Shown: positions 1-13,448 of the stretch, one piece after another | Layout: every line of letters starts with the position of its first letter | Numbering within the stretch: position 1 is the stretch's first letter | Source of the DNA: Macrostomum hystrix | Taxonomy: Eukaryota; Animalia; Platyhelminthes | DNA length: 64,000 nucleotides | Assembly (NCBI GenBank): GCA_950097015.1 | Contig: CATNEN010000025.1 | Location: forward strand, 6,572,001 to 6,636,000 | Direction of reading: 5' to 3' | Translations under genes and position numbers: made by a program | The notes under the pieces: model-generated | The model's database searches: none | What the model was told of the DNA's origin: nothing | What the model saw: only the letters and a program-made list of their open reading frames with translations

Positions 1-204
1 GATTTAGGTGAGTGACAGCTGGACGTGACTTTAGTACTGCACTCCCCACAGAAAGGCGCGTTAATGCGTCTGATCGGGATATTGTGATAATGGCAAAAAT
101 TGCTTTAGTTTTCATAGTCTTCTAAACATTGGCCCAGTGTTTACTCATCTAGTTCAAAGTATAGGACGATATCAGCCCATTCCACTGATAAACAGCAGAC
201 ATCA

Positions 205-3200
205 AACACACACACACTCACTCACACACTCACACACTCACACTCACACTCACACACTCACACAATCACACACTCACTCACACACTCATACTCACACACT
301 CACACTCACACACTCACACAACCACACACTCACTCACACACTCACACACTCACACACTCACACACTCACACAATCACACACTCACTCACACACTCACACA
401 CTCACACACTCACACACTCACTCACACACACACTCACTCACACACAATCACACACACACACACTCACTTACATACTCACACACACTCACACAATCACACA
501 CTCACACACACACACTCACTCACACACTCACACACACACTTACTCACACACACTAACTCACTCACTCACACACTCACACACTCACTCACACACTCACACA
601 CTCACACACTCACACACTCACACACTCACACACTCACTCACACACTCACACACTCACACACTCACACACTCACACACTCACTCACTCACTCACACACTCA
701 CTCACTCACTCACACACTCACACACACTCACACACTTACTCACTCACTCACACACTCACACACACTCACACACTTACTCACTCACTCACTCACTCACACA
801 CTCACTCACACATTCACTCACACACTCACTCACACACTCACTCACTCACTCACACACTCACTCACTCACTCACACACTCACACACACTCACACACTCACT
901 CACTCACTCACTCACTCACACACTCACACACTCACTCACACACTCACACACTCACACACTCACACACTCACACACTCACACACTCACTCACACACTCACA
1001 CACTCACACACTCACACACTCACACACTCACACACTCACACACTCACTCACACACTCACACACTCACACACTCACACACTCACACACTCACTCACTCACT
1101 CACACACTCACTCACTCACTCACACACTCACACACACTCACACACTCACTCACTCACTCACTCACTCACACACTCACTCACACACTCACTCACTCACTCA
1201 CACACTCACTCACTCACTCACACACTCACACACACTCACACACTCACTCACTCACTCACTCACTCACACACTCACTCACACACTCACACACTCACACACT
1301 CACTCACACACTCACTCACTCACTCACTCACTCACACACTCACACACTCACACACACTCACTCACTCACTCACACACTCACACACTCACTCACACACTCA
1401 CACACTCACACACTCACACACTCACACACTCACACACTCACTCACACACTCACACACTCACACACTCACACACTCACTCACTCACTCACACACTCACTCA
1501 CTCACTCACACACTCACACACACTCACACACTCACTCACTCACTCACTCACTCACACACTCACTCACACACTCACACACTCACACACTCACACACTCACA
1601 CACTCACACACTCACTCACACACTCACACACTCACACACTCACACACTCACTCACTCACTCACACACTCACTCACTCACTCACACACTCACACACACTCA
1701 CACACTCACTCACTCACTCACTCACTCACACACTCACTCACACACTCACACACTCACACACTCACTCACACACTCACACACTCACTCACTCACTCACTCA
1801 CTCACTCACTCACACACTCACTCACACACTCACACACTCACTCACACACTCACTCACTCACTCACACACTCACACACACTCACACACTCACTCACTCACT
1901 CACTCACTCACACACTCACTCACACACTCACACACTCACACACTCACTCACACACTCACACACTCACTCACTCACTCACTCACTCACTCACTCACTCACT
2001 CACTCACACACTCACTCACTCACTCACACACTCACACTCACTCACACACTCACTCACTCACTCACTCACACACTCACTCACACATTCACTCACACACTCA
2101 CTCACACACTCACTCACTCACTCACACACTCACTCACTCACTCACACACTCACACACACTCACACACTCACTCACTCACTCACTCACTCACACACACTCA
2201 CACACTCACTCACTCACTCACTCACTCACACACTCACTCACACACTCACACACTCACACACTCACTCACACACTCACACACTCACTCACTCACTCACTCA
2301 CTCACACACTCACTCACTCACTCACACACTCACACACACTCACACACTCACTCACTCACTCACTCACTCACACACTCACTCACACACTCACACACTCACA
2401 CACTCACTCACACACTCACACACTCACTCACTCACTCACTCACTCACTCACTCACACACTCACTCACACACTCACTCACTCACTCACTCACTCACACACT
2501 CACACACTCACACACACTCACTCACTCACTCACACACTCACACACTCACTCACACACTCACACACTCACACACTCACACACTCACACACTCACACACTCA
2601 CTCACACACTCACACACTCACACACTCACACACTCACTCACTCACTCACACACTCACTCACTCACTCACACACTCACACACACTCACACACTCACTCACT
2701 CACTCACTCACTCACACACTCACTCACACACTCACACACTCACACACTCACACACTCACACACTCACACACTCACTCACACACTCACACACTCACACACT
2801 CACACACTCACTCACTCACTCACACACTCACTCACTCACTCACACACTCACACACACTCACACACTCACTCACTCACTCACTCACTCACACACTCACTCA
2901 CACACTCACACACTCACACACTCACTCACACACTCACACACTCACTCACTCACTCACTCACTCACTCACTCACACACTCACTCACACACTCACACACTCA
3001 CTCACTCACTCACTCACTCACTCACTCACACACTCACTCACACACTCACTCACTCACTCACTCACTCACACACTCACACACTCACACACACTCACTCACT
3101 CACTCACACACTCACACACTCACTCACACACTCACACACTCACACACTCACACACTCACACACTCACACACTCACTCACACACTCACACACTCACACACT

Positions 3201-4992
3201 CACACACTCACTCACTCACTCACACACTCACTCACTCACTCACACACTCACACACACTCACACACTCACTCACTCACTCACTCACTCACACACTCACTCA
3301 CACACTCACACACTCACACACTCACACACTCACACACTCACTCACACACTCACACACTCACACACTCACACACTCACTCACTCACTCACACACTCACTCA
3401 CTCACTCACACACTCACACACTCACTCACACACTCACACACTCACTCACTCACTCACACACTCACACACTCACACACTCACACACTCACTCACACACTCA
3501 CACACTCACACACTCACACACTCACTCACTCACTCACACACTCACACACTCACTCACTCACACACTCACTCACTCACTCACACACTCACACACACTCACA
3601 CACTCACTCACTCACTCACTCACTCACACACTCACTCACACACTCACACACTCACACACTCACTCACACACTCACACACTCACTCACTCACACACTCACA
3701 CACTCACTCACTCACTCACTCACTCACACACTCACTCACACACTCACACACTCACACACTCACTCACACACTCACTCACTCACTCACTCACTCACACACT
3801 CACACACTCACACACACTCACTCACTCACTCACACACTCACTCACTCACTCACACACTCACACACACTCACACACTTACTCACTCACTCACACACTCACA
3901 CACACTCACACACTTACTCACTCACTCACTCACTCACACACTCACTCACACATTCACTCACACACTCACTCACTCACTCACACACTCACTCACTCACTCA
4001 CACACTCACACACACTCACACACTCACTCACTCACTCACTCACTCACACACTCACTCACACACTCACACACTCACACACTCACTCACTCACACACTCACA
4101 CACACTCACACACTCACTCACTCACTCACTCACTCACACACTCACTCACACACTCACACACTCACACACTCACTCACACACTCACACACTCACTCACTCA
4201 CTCACTCACACACTCACTCACACACTCACTCACACACTCACACACTCACTCACACACTCACACACTCACTCACACACTCACACACTCACTCACACACTCA
4301 CACACTCACTCACACACTCACACACTCACACACTCACACACTCACACACTCACTCACACACTCACACACTCACACACTCACACACTCACTCACACACTCA
4401 CACACTCACTCACTCACTCACACACTCACACACACTCACACACTCACTCACTCACTCACTCACTCACACACTCACTCACACACTCACACACTCACACACT
4501 CACACACTCACACACTCACACACTCACTCACACACTCACACACTCACACACTCACACACTCACTCACTCACTCACACACTCACACACTCACTCACACACT
4601 CACACACTCACTCACACACTCACTCACTCACTCACACACTCACACACTCACACACTCACACACTCACTCACACACTCACACACTCACACACTCACACACT
4701 CACTCACTCACTCACACACTCACACACTCACTCACTCACACACTCACTCACTCACTCACACACTCACACACACTCACACACTCACTCACTCACTCACTCA
4801 CTCACACTCACACACTCACTCACACACTCACACACTCACACACTCACTCACACACTCACACACTCACTCACTCACTCACTCACACACTCACTCACACACT
4901 CACTCACACACTCACTCACACACTCACACACTCACACACTCACTCACACACTCACTCACACACTCACACACTCACTCACACACTCACACACA
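205..4992. repeat. 4.8-kb (CA)/(CTCA) mosaic microsatellite
   Basis: Mosaic of CACACT and CACT units with almost no G on the + strand. A block with rare 'cttact'/'cattca' variants near 730-820 recurs near 3870-3960. Confidence 0.97.
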
Positions 4993-5595
4993 TTAGATTG
5001 AAGGTAGACACCTGTGTGATGGACATAAGATTGGAATTCCCGAAAGTGTTAAACTGCCTAGCGGAGTGTGGGTTCAGTACGAGCTGCTATTGACGTAGAC
5101 GCTAATTTTATTTAGTTGAATTATATTCTGCTTCTACTTGATCAGCTCGTTTCCCACCCCTCACAGCATATAAGCCTGACGCACCTAAATATGAAAGGTC
5201 TCAAAGAAAAATCAGGAAGGGAAGAGAGGTAAAAAAAGCAACTTAGCTGACTGATTGCCTGGCATTGAAGGCCTGGATGAAGTCGGGCAGAAAGCAGGCA
5301 GGAAGCAGGCAGCAATGGCCCAGGTTGAAGGGGGTAGGGTTACAACCCAAACCAGCGATGCATAAATTCTTCCTTAGTTGGCTAATTTTTCTTTTAATAT
5401 ATTTTCTTTTTCTATGGCAGAAAATTTAAGCAACGAATTTTTCGCGTTAGAACCACTGCCAGTGGATTGGCTATCCGGTATTTTTTGGTTTGCGAATTAC
5501 ATTTTACTGAAAGAGACACAATATGAGTTGATTTAACAATAAAACTGTGATTGATAGTTCTAAAATTCCAATCAATCATCAATCATCCTCTAGGA

Positions 5596-5740
5596 GCCAG
5601 CTGTACCCAGCTGTAGAATAGGTATCAGCAACAGCTGGAGATCGAAAGTTGTGTCCCCCCAGTCCATGGACTGAAAAGCTGTACACAACTTTTGGTACAG
5701 TTACGGCTCTGCTACTGGCTGTACATCGGGCCCAACTGTG
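5596..5740 (+). mobile_element. SINE family 1, 3' fragment
   Basis: Similar to the 3' half of the copies at 5775 and 21973 (cccagctgt...ccccccagtccatggactgaaaagctgtacac). Confidence 0.6.
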
Positions 5741-5774
5741 TTAGGTGTGTAAAAGACTTCAGATAGTTCAGTAA

Positions 5775-6030
5775 GAGGGTTGTAGCCTAGTGGTTAGAGC
5801 GTCCGACTAACGAATTGAAGGTCGAGGGTTCGATTCCCGACTCGATTGGAACCATTTTTGTCCTTTAGTAAGACACTTAATTCTTCCTTTTTTTAGTTCA
5901 CCTAGCTAATAAATGGGTACCAGCATCAGCTGGGGTGATTGAGGGTGGGTGTGGCGTCTCCCCTGTCCATGGACTGAGCAGCCGTACACAGTATTCAGAT
6001 GCGCTGCGCAATAGGTCGGCTGCACATCAA
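5775..6030 (+). mobile_element. tRNA-derived SINE family 1 with CORE-like central domain
   Basis: A box TAGCCTAGTGG and B box GGTTCGATTCC, followed by 'agacacttaa...cagttcacc.agct..aaatgggtacc' and the palindrome CAGTCCATGGACTG (one mismatch in this copy). Homologous copies lie at 21973 and 44991. Confidence 0.8.
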
Positions 6031-6349
6031 ATTGTTATAAATTGTATCGATACGAGCGAATATCCAATGCATCTATTGTCTATCTAAAACCTTAAAAACC
6101 CAGTTGGGTGTGAATTGCTCAAAAGGCTACTCAAATCTACCTACTTATAGCAAGACCGCTTCATCAATCTAAGAAAATGACCCCAGGCCGCGGATTCGAG
6201 CCTCGAATTTCATTAGAAAATACCCCGCTTATTGGTCAAAGCGACACGCGATAGTTGCATTAATCCCAACTTCTTTTTTCCCAACGACGCATCCGCCTAC
6301 GCAATTCATCTCGCCCACGCGCAGGCTCCTAGTTGAGTACCGGACTCAC

Positions 6350-6443
6350 CCGTCTCGGCCGCGGTCAGAAGCGGCGTTCGCCCGTTGTTGTCTCTCAGCT
6401 CGACTGTCGCTGCTGCCACCGCGGAATCGGACGAGATCAGCGC
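6350..6443 (-). CDS. Ankyrin gene exon 5
   Basis: ttcaacAG|ALISSDSAVAAATVELRDNNGRTPLLTAAET(G)|GTGAGT; 94 nt, phase 0-1, continues the ankyrin repeat from exon 4. Confidence 0.8.
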
Positions 6444-6794
6444 CTGTTGAAATTCAAATTCAAGGCCGAGGCTGGGTGTCAAGATGACTGTTTGTACTTT
6501 TATTCTATTTTTTGTTTAGGGAAGGTTTCAAATACCCACTGCCTACTTCACGATGGCTCCCAAACCGAATGACCGATTTTTGTGAAAATCTGAATCGAAA
6601 TTTTCCACCCTTTGCGATGAACAAAATTTCAAAGCTGTCCGACGTCAGGATTGTCTAGATATTCAGCGATTCCTGTCGGAGATGCTGGGGACAAGGACAT
6701 CTAACATCTATGACGAATCCATATTGATTAAAAAGTGAAAATTTTAACAATTTATCAATCCAAAATAGTCAATAATAATAACTCTCAAGAGTGA

Positions 6795-9190
6795 TAACTT
6801 GAGAGTGAGAGTGACAGTTTGTGAGTGAGAGTGATAGTTTGAGAGTGAGAGTGACAGTTTGAGAGTGAGAGTGACAGTTTGTGAGTGAGAGTGACAGTTT
6901 GTGAGTGAGAGTGACAGTTTGTGAGTGAGAGTGACAGTTTGAGAGTGAGGGTGACAGTTTGAGAGTGAGAGTGACAGTTTGAGAGTGAGAGTGACAGTTT
7001 GTGAGTGAGAGTGACAGTTTGTGAGTGAGAGTGACAGTTTGTGAGTGAGAGTGACAGTTTGTGAGTGAGAGTGACAGTTTGTGAGTGAGAGTGACAGCTT
7101 GTAGGTGAGAGTGACAGTTCGAGAGTGAGAGTGACAGTTTGTGAGTGAGAGTGACATTTTGTGAGTGAGAGTGACAGTTTGTGAGTGAGAGTGAGAGTTT
7201 GTGGGTGAGAGTGACTGTTTGTCGGTGAGAGTGACATTTTGAGAGTGAGAGTGACAGTTTGTGAGTGAGAGTGACAGTTTGAGAGTGAGAGTGACAGTTT
7301 GTGAGTGAGAGTGACATTTTGTGAGTGAGAGTGACAGTTTGTGAGTGAGAGTGACAGTTTGAGAGTGAGAGTGACAGTTTGAGAGTGAGAGTGACAGTTT
7401 GAGAGTGAGAGTGACAGTTTGTGAGTGAGAGTGAGAGTTTGTGGGTGAGAGTGACTGTTTGTCGGTGAGAGTGACATTTTGAGAGTGAGAGTGACAGTTT
7501 GTGAGTGAGAGTGACAGTTTGAGAGTGAGAGTGACATTTTGTGAGTGAGAGTGACAGTTTGTGAGTGAGAGTGAGAGTTTGTGGGTGAGAGTGACTGTTT
7601 GTCGGTGAGAGTGACAGTTTGAGAGTGAGAGTGGCATTTTGTGAGTGAGAGCGACATTTTGAGAGTGAGAGTGACAGTTTGAGAGTGAGAGTGACAGTTT
7701 GTGAGTGAGAGTGACAGTTAGAAAGTGAGAGTGACAGTTTGAGAGTGAGAGTGACATTTTGAGAGTGAGAGTGAAAGTTTGAGAGTGAGAGTGACAGTTT
7801 GTGAGTGAGAGTGACAGTTAGAAAGTGAGAGTGACAGTTAGAAAGTGAGAGTGACAGTTTGTGAGTGAGAGTGACAGTTAGAAAGTGAGAGTGACAGTTT
7901 GAGAGTGAGAGTGACAGTTTGTGGGTGAGAGTGACTGTTTGTCGGTGAGAGTGACATTTTGTGAGTGAGAGTGACAGTTAGAAAGTGAGAGTGACAGTTT
8001 GAGAGTGAGAGTGACAGTTTTTGAGTGAGAGTGACATTTTGAGAGTGAGAGTGACAGTTTGAGAGTGAGAGTGACAGTTTGTGAGTGAGAGTGACAGTTA
8101 GAAAGTGAGAGTGACAGTTTGAGAGTGAGAGTGACAGTTAGAAAGTGAGAGTGACAGTTTGAGAGTGAGGGTGACAGTTTGTGAGTGAGAGCGACATTTT
8201 GAGAGTGAGAGTGACAGTTTGAGAGTGAGAGTGACAGTTTGTGAGTGAGAGTGACAGTTAGAAATTGAGAGTGACAGTTTGAGAGTGAGAGTGACATTTT
8301 GAGAGTGAGAGTGAAAGTTTGAGAGTGAGAGTGACAGTTTGTGAGTGAGAGTGACAGTTAGAAAGTGAGAGTGACAGTTTGAGAGTGAGAGTGACAGTTT
8401 GTGGGTGAGAGTGACTGTTTGTCGGTGAGAGTGACATTTTGTGAGTGAGAGTGACAGTTAGAAAGTGAGAGTGACAGTTTGAGAGTGAGAGTGACAGTTT
8501 TTGAGTGAGAGTGACATTTTGAGAGTGAGAGTGACAGTTTGAGAGTGAGAGTGACAGTTTGTGAGTGAGAGTGACAGTTAGAAAGTGAGAGTGACAGTTT
8601 GAGAGTGAGAGTGACAGTTAGAAAGTGAGAGTGACAGTTTGAGAGTGAGGGTGACAGTTTGTGAGTGAGAGCGACATTTTGAGAGTGAGAGTGACAGTTT
8701 GAGAGTGAGAGTGACAGTTTGTGAGTGAGAGTGACAGTTAGAAAGTGAGAGTGACAGTTTGAGAGTGAGAGTGACAGTTAGAAAGTGAGAGTGACAGTTT
8801 GTGAGTGAGAGCGACATTTTGAGAGTGAGAGTGACAGTTTGAGAGTGAGAGTGACAGTTTGTGAGTGAGAGCGACATTTTGAGAGTGAGAGTGACAGTTT
8901 GAGAGTGAGAGTGACAGTTTGTGAGTGAGAGTGACAGTTTGAGAGTGAGAGTGACAGTTTGTGAGTGAGAGTGACAGTTAGAAAGTGAGAGTGACATTTT
9001 GTGAGTGAGAGCGACATTTTGAGAGTGAGAGTGACATTTTGAGAGTGAGAGTGACAGTTTGTGAGTGAGAGTGGCAGTTTGTGAGTGAGAGTGACAGTTT
9101 GTGAGTGAGAGTGGCAGTTTGTGAGTGAGAGTGACAGTTTGAGAGTGAGAGTGACTGTTTGTCGGTGAGAGTGACAGTGAGAGTGACAGG
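6795..9190. repeat. 20-bp tandem minisatellite (GAGAGTGAGAGTGACAGTTT)
   Basis: About 120 tandem copies with recurring variants, inside ankyrin intron 4. Confidence 0.97.
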
Positions 9191-9654
9191 GGCAAATTGA
9201 CAGTCAGAATTCGTGAAATAGTGAAGCCAGAGCAGTCACAGAATGGTTAATGATTACAAAGTAGCCAAAAAACTGAAAGCTAGAAATTTTCTCTAGTTTT
9301 TATAGCACAGAAGTCATGCAACAGCAGAGATGAAACCTTTGGAAAAGAATACTAATTTTCTGTTGCTTCCAATGAGAAGGGATTAGAAATTAATCCAGGA
9401 AATTTGCTGCTTGCAGTTTCGATTCGCTTCTCAAAAAATTATTCGACCAATCAGCATTGAGCTGGGCGCCAACCCCCTCCCAATCTGCTATCAGCTCACA
9501 TTTTTAGTCGGGACTGGGACTTCACCTGTTAGTAAGGACCTGTCAATTTGCGACATGGGGAGATAAGACTGAGGTGACACGATACCACACTGCCCGCTCA
9601 GTAACTGCTTGTGAGTTTTTTCTGTTGCTAACACATTCTCAGTAAATAAATTAC

Positions 9655-10115
9655 CTGTTCTGCATCATTCTCATAGCTGTTCTGCATCATTCTCATAGCT
9701 GTTCTGCATCATTCTCATAGCTGTTCTGCATCATTCTCATAGCTGTTCTGCATCATTCTCATAGCTGTTATGAATCATTCTCATAGCTGTTATGAATCGT
9801 TCTCATAGCTGTTATGAATCATTCTCATAGCTGTTATGAATCATTCTCATAGCTGTTATGAATCATTCTCATAGCTGTTCTGCATCATTCTCATAGCTGT
9901 TCTGCATCATTCTCATAGCTGTTATGAATCATTCTCATAGCTGTTATGAATCATTCTCATAGCTGTTCTGCATCATTCTCATAGCTGTTATGAATCATTC
10001 TCATAGCTGTTATGAATCATTCTCATAGCTGTTATGAATCATTCTCATAGCTGTTATGAATCATTCTCATAGCTATTATGAATCATTCTCATAGCTGTTA
10101 TGAATCATTCTCATA
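9655..10115. repeat. 22-bp tandem repeat (CTGTTCTGCATCATTCTCATAG / CTGTTATGAATCATTCTCATAG)
   Basis: About 21 copies of two variants. Confidence 0.95.
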
Positions 10116-10934
10116 CGGCTCGTATTTGTTCAGTATCTTCCTCATGCCTGTCTCCCACTTCCATAGCTAATCCAACCATGAGCCCAAAGCTCAGATTAGT
10201 TAGCCTGTTTTAACTCTTTCCAGCTAAGAAGAAGAATGTTTTCCAGAGTGCCGGATTCACACCTGGCAGCTTTTTACACAGGACCATGCTTAACATTAGC
10301 ACTGCTTATATGGGACTGAGCTATATCTGTCCTCATAGTCCTAAGTAAGCTGCATTAGACGTGCGCATTTGTAAAAAAAACTTAAGTGCGAAAGCAGCTA
10401 TTGCACTATTACACACAGTAAATAAACACTTCAGGTCCACTTAGTCAAGATTCTACTTAAAAAAATCCTGACTGCGTAAAAAGTGGGCATTAATTGCATC
10501 GATTTACTTTTGATTATACGGCCATAGACAAAACGGGCCAATTGAAAATAGATCTGAACAAGGAAGATCTCCACAATCAATAACGTCTATGGCTAATTTC
10601 GCCAACTTCAACTTTCTTTAACCTGAAATGAAGCAATCTGGACTATAAAAGCAATTCAAAGCAGACAATCTTACCACTCGGCGGGTCCCTAGATATCGCA
10701 GGCCCAATTATACTGGCTGATCAGACTTGACCTTTAGCCCGTCTGTGTGCTCCGACTGGCTGTGTCTCAAGCCCGCTGTTATTAGCTTTAGTGTTGGGGC
10801 TGTCTTTAACTACGGTTACTTAAAATACACAAACTAACCTTATCTGTTTCCCGTCCCTGGTTAGGCTGAAGGCATTATCAACAGTGGAATTACTGGATTG
10901 CGAGGGCCTTCGAGTACTATCCTAGCAGCTGAGA

Positions 10935-12068
10935 ATGCCCGGTCATCAGCAGTTCAGCACGCCGGAGAGTCAGCTCCTGCCAGATCAGCAGCTGCTGGAG
11001 TTGATCAGGTTGGACCCCGCCGATCCCAACTGCTCGGAGCCGCAGCGGGCGCTGCTCTGGCAGGGCGCTACCAGCGAGGAGACGGTGATGGACGCGCTCT
11101 ACCTTTGCAAGTCGGCACTGGCCTTTCTAGCCCTGACCGGCAGTTGCGTGTCCGTCGGAATTTTTCGAATTCAACGCCAGCGCAGCGCCCTCATCCAGAT
11201 GCTGTTGCACCTGTCAGTCTGCGAGCTGCTGCTCAACTTGAGCGCATTTGTCTTCGAACTGTTCTACCTTCTGGTTATGCCGACAACCGGCCACCTCATG
11301 CCCGCCGGCCCGAACTGGCTAGCTTACTTTGTGCTGTACGGAGTGTGGCCGGCGTACAAGACTAGCATGGTTGTACGCAACTGGCTTATTGTACACATCG
11401 CCTGGCGACGCTATCGCGCCATCGGCGATGCTCTAGGAAGTCGTCGACGCGGCGATAGTCGGCGACTGATCAATTTGACATCCGCGGCTCTCTGGCTAGC
11501 GGCATGTCTGGTGACATTGCCCAGGGCCCTGGAGGTGACGTACACCCGGTGCCAGAGCTCCGGGCAGATCGTGGGGCTTCAGGCGGCGCCGTTCGCAAGT
11601 CACTCGGCCTACCGAGCCTACCCCAGCTGCTACTTCGCACTGCAGTCGCTGGCTCCGGTCTGCTGCCTGCTACTGACGAGCTGCCTGACCCTCTGCCGGC
11701 TGCGCAAATCCAACCGGGAGTTTCTGCACGACCTGCCAGCGCCAATCATGGCTGTACAGCGGCGGCGGGCCCAGAATGATTCGGTGAATCGCACGGTGTT
11801 GGTGCTCTGCTCGGTGTTTGTTGTGTGCGAGTTGCCAATGCTGGTGGCCGGAGTGCTGAAGGACTTCGATTGTCGCGACGCTTGCCAGGTCTTTCTCGGC
11901 GTGGCCAACATTCTGACCAGCGCCGACTCCGTAGCCAATTTTCTAGTCTATTTCCTATCCATCAGGCAGTTTAAACAGCGACTGTGCTGCAGCCGTGACA
12001 GCAAAAGCGATGTTAGAAAAGCGAAAGTACTCAGCGACAGTCTCCGGCGCATCAAAGGACAGCATTGA
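10935..12068 (+). CDS. Rhodopsin-class GPCR, FMRFamide/peptide-receptor-like orphan
   Basis: Single coding exon, 377 aa, seven hydrophobic segments. TM3 ends WRRYRAI (DRY position), TM4 W...LPR, TM5 P, TM6 FVVCELP, TM7 ANFLVY, basic helix 8. A splice acceptor near 10863 suggests a 5' UTR intron. Confidence 0.88.
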   Translation: MPGHQQFSTPESQLLPDQQLLELIRLDPADPNCSEPQRALLWQGATSEETVMDALYLCKSALAFLALTGSCVSVGIFRIQRQRSALIQMLLHLSVCELLLNLSAFVFELFYLLVMPTTGHLMPAGPNWLAYFVLYGVWPAYKTSMVVRNWLIVHIAWRRYRAIGDALGSRRRGDSRRLINLTSAALWLAACLVTLPRALEVTYTRCQSSGQIVGLQAAPFASHSAYRAYPSCYFALQSLAPVCCLLLTSCLTLCRLRKSNREFLHDLPAPIMAVQRRRAQNDSVNRTVLVLCSVFVVCELPMLVAGVLKDFDCRDACQVFLGVANILTSADSVANFLVYFLSIRQFKQRLCCSRDSKSDVRKAKVLSDSLRRIKGQH

Positions 12069-12179
12069 CGATGTCAACTGCGGCACTGACGGAATGACCT
12101 GCTCTCTTTTCCACCGGCACCTGAACCCTAAAGATGCAAGCAAAAATGTTCTTAATTTCCTAAGGTTCTAACGTTATTA

Positions 12180-13448
12180 ACTGAGTTGTCTGAGCTAGCT
12201 ACCTCACTGATCAACCAGTTAATTAGCTGAGTTGTCTGAGCTAGCTACCTCACTGATCAACCAGTTAATTAGCTGAGTTGTCTGAGCTAGCTACCTCAAT
12301 GATCAGCCAGTTAATTAGCTGAGTTGTCTGAGCTAGCTACCTCACTGATCAGCCAGTTAATTAGCTGAGTTGTCTGAGCTAGCTACCTCACTGATCAGCC
12401 AGTTAATAAGTCGAGTTGTCTGAGCTAGCTACTTCACTGATCAGCCAGTTAATTAGCTGAGTTGTCTGAGCTAGCTACCTCACTGATCAGCCAGTTAATT
12501 AGCTGAGTTGTCTGAGCTAGCTACCTCACTGATCAGCCAGTTAATAAGTCGAGTTGTCTGAGCTAGCTACCTCACTGATCAACCAGTTAATTAGCTGAGT
12601 TGTCTGAGCTAGCTACTTCACTGATCAACCAGTTAATTAGCTGAGTTGTCTGAGCTAGCTACCTCACTGATCAGCCAGTTAATTAGCTGAGTTATCTGAG
12701 CTAGCTACCTCACTGATCAGCCAGTTAATTAGCTGAGTTGTCTGAGCTAGCTACCTCACTGATCAGCCAGTTAATTAGCTGAGTTGTCTGAGCTAGCTAC
12801 CTCACTGATCAGCCAGTTAATAAGTCGAGTTGTCTGAGCTAGCTACTTCACTGATCAGCCAGTTAATAAGTCGAGTTGTCTGAGCTAGCTACCTCACTGA
12901 TCAGCCAGTTAATTAGTCGAGTTATCTGAGCTAGCTACCTCACTGATCAGCCAGTTAATTAGCTGAGTTGTCTGAGCTAGCTATCTCACTGATCAGCCAG
13001 TTAATTAGCTGAGTTGTCTGAGCTAGCTACCTCACTGATCAGCCAGTTAATTAGCTGAGTTATCTGAGCTAGCTACCTCACTGATCAACCAGTTAATTAG
13101 CTGAGTTGTCTGAGCTAGCTACCTCACTGATCAACCAGCTAATTGACTGAGTTATCTGAGCTAGCTACCTCACTGATCAACCAGTTAATTAGCTGAGTTA
13201 TCTGAGCTAGCTACCTCACTGATCAACCAGTTAATTAGCTGAGTTGTCTGAGCTAGCTACCTCACTGATCAACCAGCTAATTGACTGAGTTATCTGAGCT
13301 AGCTACCTCACTGATCAACCAGTTAATTAGCTGAGTTATCTGAGCTAGCTACCTCACTGATCAGCCAGTTAATTAGCTGAGTTGTCTGAGCTAGCTACCT
13401 CACTGATCAACCAGCTAATTGACTGAGTTATCTGAGCTAGCTACCTCA
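12180..13448. repeat. 46-bp tandem minisatellite (CTGAGTTGTCTGAGCTAGCTACCTCACTGATCAGCCAGTTAATTAG)
   Basis: About 27 copies, starting about 110 bp after the GPCR stop. Confidence 0.96.

Noticed and set aside
5000-5350. Next ankyrin exon near 5010-5200
   Set aside because: AG/GT-bounded candidates exist but their translations do not continue an ankyrin helix.
5775-5850. tRNA genes at 5775, 21973, 44991, 17735 and 44047
   Set aside because: A and B boxes are present but the anticodon and acceptor stems do not pair properly, and each is followed by a shared non-tRNA body, so these are SINE heads.
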